A stretch of DNA of 64,000 nucleotides from Spirochaetota bacterium (GTDB lineage Bacteria > Spirochaetota > JAAYUW01 > JAOAHJ01). The stretch covers positions 2,964 through 66,963 of the forward strand of contig JAOAHJ010000028.1 in the NCBI GenBank assembly GCA_026415295.1, read 5' to 3'. Position numbers and translations under genes: made by a program. Of this stretch, positions 60,950 to 64,000 are shown piece after piece (within the stretch, counting starts at the first letter, position 1; every line of letters starts with the position of its first letter). Under the pieces are notes generated by a model, which saw only the letters and a list, made by a program, of their open reading frames with translations, had not been told where the DNA came from and made no database searches.

Positions 60950-62068
60950 TTATTCAATTATACAACTATTTACATAGGTTATGATACTTTCTTTCACTTT
61001 TTCTTTTTCAGGTAATTTAAAATAATTATATATATGCTCTTGAGGCTTTTCATTGTAATAAGGCCTATTACAAAACTCACATCCTCTTGTCATTAAAAAT
61101 TGACCATTTCTGATACTATCAACTTTATTTAAAAAATCAAATAGCTCATACTTATCTCTAAAATAACTATTCTTTTTAAATCCTATTAGATTTCCATACT
61201 TTTCAAAATAAAAAAAATCAAGAAATTTTATTAATGAAAATAGATTATTTAAAATAAATTTAGAGTTTTTATCTTTTATTAAAATTAAATCTTCTTTATT
61301 AAATCCCTTTTTAATACTTAAAAAATTTTCCTTTTTAAGTATTTCATCTATTATCGCTAATGTTAATTGAATTTTCCTATACCTTTCCAATGGAACACTT
61401 TTTTTATTTTCAAATTTTGTTTTTTTAATAGGAGTAAAGTTAAATAAAGCAAAACCTGTATCCAATATTTTTGAAAAAATATAAAAATTCAAAATTTCAA
61501 AATCTGTTTCTCCTAGACCACAAATTATATGAGTAGTAATTTTATTATTAAATATTGATCCAATCTCATAAAAAAGCTTTAAATCATCACAAAAATCTCT
61601 TCCTTTAATATATTTATAGTTACTATTAGAAACACAATCTATTGCGAACCCAAGTTTAGATAAACCAATATAAAATAATTCCTCTGCTTCCTCTTTTCTA
61701 CTAATATGAATAGATGCTCCAATAGGAACATTAAATTTCTCAACAAATCTATTTAAAACATTTTTAAATACCTCAAAATAACCATTAAATGAAACAACTT
61801 GAAAACAAATTTTTTTTATTTTTTTTTCTAATATAGCCTTTTTTAAAGCTATCTCTACTTGATCAATATTAAAAAGGGGCCACTTAACTCTACTTAAAAA
61901 TACTTTTTCTGTCTGAGATTCTTTTGCTTGAGCACAAAAAGAACAATTATTTTGACATTTTTCTCCTAACATTAAATAAGCTTGATAAGAAAAAGCATCT
62001 GTTTTATAATTTATAAGATTCAATGTCTTTGCAGTAAGATATGACACACCAATTTTAATATTCTCCAT
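60950..62068 (-). CDS. Radical SAM protein, BioB/HydE/ThiH-like subclass, function unknown
   Basis: CQNNCSFC (Cx3Cx2C) at residues ~38-45, later HIICGLGET motif typical of the biotin-synthase-like group, additional C-terminal CEFC pair. Confidence 0.5.
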   Translation of the reverse strand: MENIKIGVSYLTAKTLNLINYKTDAFSYQAYLMLGEKCQNNCSFCAQAKESQTEKVFLSRVKWPLFNIDQVEIALKKAILEKKIKKICFQVVSFNGYFEVFKNVLNRFVEKFNVPIGASIHISRKEEAEELFYIGLSKLGFAIDCVSNSNYKYIKGRDFCDDLKLFYEIGSIFNNKITTHIICGLGETDFEILNFYIFSKILDTGFALFNFTPIKKTKFENKKSVPLERYRKIQLTLAIIDEILKKENFLSIKKGFNKEDLILIKDKNSKFILNNLFSLIKFLDFFYFEKYGNLIGFKKNSYFRDKYELFDFLNKVDSIRNGQFLMTRGCEFCNRPYYNEKPQEHIYNYFKLPEKEKVKESIITYVNSCIIE

Positions 62069-62227
62069 AACTAAATACTTTTGTAAAATTAATAGTAATT
62101 TTAATTTTAAAAAAATTTTTTAATTAAAAATTAAATAAATTGCTTTGTAAAAATTAAAATAAATAAAAAATATTTTAACTATATATTTAAACATTAAAAG
62201 ACACAAATGATTACTTAAATCATTTAA

Positions 62228-63856
62228 TCAAAAATAAAATAAAAGTGCAAAAAAAAGATCATAATTCGCTATGAAATGATCAGTCCTACTTTCTGCTTCA
62301 TAAAATTGAACATAATTTTCAAATACTTTATCTTTAATAAAAGAAAAAGATATGTTAGAAAAAATGTTATTGTTTAATTTATATGTTATACCAATTGATA
62401 TTTTGTATTTTGGTTGATAAATAATCAAATCATCTGCAAATATATTTGAATCATAAAATGAAAAAATAATAAAAAATTTTGCACAGGAATTAAAAACAGA
62501 AGAAAAATATATAAAGAATCCAGCTCCAGGAAATGGAGTACCCATATTATTATAATTTGGAAGATCATCTGGTAATAAAAAACCATCATTATAGTTATAA
62601 AGATAAAGATTCCAAAAAGATTTATAAGATGGATTACTTTGATCCGAAATAAAATTATTATAAGTTGGGTCATATGGATTAATTTTATCCTTTGTAAATC
62701 CATGTAAAGTCAAATAAGTTTCAAATGCAAAATTAAAACTAAATTTTTTTGAAATATACAAATATTCTAGATAAAAAGAAAATTGATCATTTCTAACTTT
62801 AGCAGGAACTGAGCCCCTTTCACCTAAAGAAGTTGCAATTGATAAATAGAAGCCAGATAATTTTAAATTTTCCTCTGTTATAAAATCTAAAAATTTCTTA
62901 TAACTATAATTTTTTATATATCTTCCAATTAATTCAATAAAAGTTTCATTTTTGAAAAAAAAATTTAGATAAAAATAATGGAGTAATTTATATGTTTCAT
63001 CTAGATTAAACAAAATAGAATTTAGCAAACGATTTTTTGAAGAAGAATTATCTCTAATGTCTAGATTTTCAAAAATACCACTTCTAATAATTATTTTAGA
63101 GAAAAACTGTTTTGAAGAATTTGAATCAAGTCCTTCTTCACCATTTGAAGTTCCTAAATATAAACTAAAAGAAAAATCTCTTTCAATATTATAATTAATT
63201 TTTATTAATAAAAAAATATCAAATAAATGAGCGGAATTTGAATAATACAAAGGTAAAATTCTATCACCTAAAAAAAAAGCAAAGTAAGGATGTGCATTAC
63301 TAAAATTAAAATAAGGAAGATTATAGTTAGGTAAAGGATATGCAGGTGTTCTATATATGACAGGAGGATTGTAATTTTCAAAATGGTAATTTAATATAAG
63401 ATTTTGAAGATAGCATGCAATAAAATAAAAATTTCTATTTACTTCAGTTTCAAAATAAATTTCCCTAATTCTTATTAAATCAGGATTAAATTGATTAAAA
63501 AATCTTGATTTATTTGATGACAAAATATTAAAATCAAAATTTATTTCAAAAAAAGAAAGTAGGTTAATTCTATCATTAAAATTTAATTTTTGCGAATATA
63601 ATAATAAAGGGGAAAATACAATATTAAAAGTATCTTCATTTCCAGTAATCTCAACCATCTCACATGTCCTATAAAAAGAAACAATACTAAAAAGAAAAAG
63701 AAAGTTTTGATAATTATTTGACAAAAAGTTTGTATAACTTAATTTAGAGAAATAATTAATATAAAATTCATTTGAAAAAATATCAATTGTGGTTGATATA
63801 AGTGTAAAAATTATAATTAAAAGGATAAAAAAAAATTTATTTTTACCTTTTATCAA
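62228..63856 (-). CDS. Secreted Y/F/N-rich protein, probable outer-membrane beta-barrel
   Basis: TTG start with signal peptide, extreme aromatic content, C-terminus ...LFFALLFYF (terminal Phe beta-signal). Confidence 0.35.
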   Translation of the reverse strand: MIKGKNKFFFILLIIIFTLISTTIDIFSNEFYINYFSKLSYTNFLSNNYQNFLFLFSIVSFYRTCEMVEITGNEDTFNIVFSPLLLYSQKLNFNDRINLLSFFEINFDFNILSSNKSRFFNQFNPDLIRIREIYFETEVNRNFYFIACYLQNLILNYHFENYNPPVIYRTPAYPLPNYNLPYFNFSNAHPYFAFFLGDRILPLYYSNSAHLFDIFLLIKINYNIERDFSFSLYLGTSNGEEGLDSNSSKQFFSKIIIRSGIFENLDIRDNSSSKNRLLNSILFNLDETYKLLHYFYLNFFFKNETFIELIGRYIKNYSYKKFLDFITEENLKLSGFYLSIATSLGERGSVPAKVRNDQFSFYLEYLYISKKFSFNFAFETYLTLHGFTKDKINPYDPTYNNFISDQSNPSYKSFWNLYLYNYNDGFLLPDDLPNYNNMGTPFPGAGFFIYFSSVFNSCAKFFIIFSFYDSNIFADDLIIYQPKYKISIGITYKLNNNIFSNISFSFIKDKVFENYVQFYEAESRTDHFIANYDLFFALLFYF

Positions 63857-64000
63857 AAAAACCCCTCATATCAAGTGTCGAAAAATTTTTAAGAGGCAAA
63901 GAAACTGGTTTTTTGGTTTTTGATGACTTATATATTGCAAGAATTATTTCAAGGGCTTTTTTTCCTGCTTCACCATCAATTAATAACTTTTCATTATTAA
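63843..64000 (-). CDS. 3' end of a Gfo/Idh/MocA-type oxidoreductase gene (5' part outside window)
   Basis: Minus-strand translation ...NNEKLLIDGEAGKKALEIILAIYKSSKTKKPVSLPLKNFSTLDMRGFFDKR* resembles the C-terminal tail of that family; only ~50 codons visible. Confidence 0.3.
   Translation of the reverse strand, partial: NNEKLLIDGEAGKKALEIILAIYKSSKTKKPVSLPLKNFSTLDMRGFFDKR

Noticed and set aside
60950-62068. Assigning the radical SAM enzyme as HydE on the basis of the TM1266-like gene elsewhere in the window
   Set aside because: The two genes are 39 kb apart, no hydF/hydG or hydrogenase genes are present in the window, and BioB, ThiH, PylB and HydE cannot be distinguished by eye.
1-64000. CRISPR arrays, IS elements, prophage
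   Set aside because: Scanning by eye found no regularly spaced direct repeats of 25-40 nt, and no transposase or integrase-like ORFs (no DDE or tyrosine-recombinase motifs) in any frame of reasonable length.

Overview
This is a 64-kb chromosomal window from a very AT-rich bacterium, by eye about one quarter G+C or less. Proteins are N/K/I/Y-rich, and many conserved enzymes carry long low-complexity insertions. Coding density is high on both strands, and several genes start at TTG (the supplied ORF track silently extends some starts to TTG, so I trimmed those to the nearest ATG where an RBS supports it).

Gene content is mostly housekeeping. There is a purine-biosynthesis block (purL fragment, purF, purM, purN), a substrate-binding-protein/MCP chemotaxis pair, a TldD/PmbA protease pair, a copper-type P1B ATPase, both SRP components (ftsY NG-only, ffh), gdhA, pyk, trmB, nadB, smc, uvrA, xseAB and the conserved phoH-pgpH-ybeY-corC-(recO-like) operon. 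One GC-rich tRNA pair (Val-TAC, Gly-GCC) is present.

Two regions stand out.

(1) An uninterrupted minus-strand cluster for anaerobic oxidative stress at 21.1-25.4 kb: rubrerythrin, a tiny TM1266-like ACT regulator, desulfoferrodoxin, ferritin, a flavodiiron protein, a 45-aa rubredoxin that the ORF track misses, and a PerR-like Fur-family repressor.

(2) Cell-envelope genes suggesting an unusual diderm (toga-like) architecture. An SLH-domain, coiled-coil, C-terminally anchored Ompalpha-like protein is translationally coupled to an 832-aa OstA/LptD-like outer-membrane protein. Several C-terminal-Phe beta-barrel candidates are nearby. A giant lipoprotein with 5 chitobiase-C-like repeats and a YYD-repeat propeller also lies in the window.

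A second unannotated small gene, a 56-aa 2x[4Fe-4S] ferredoxin, sits at 31.56 kb with its own terminator. I found no CRISPR array, transposase, integrase or obvious prophage. All functional calls rest on motif recognition by eye; no database search was possible.
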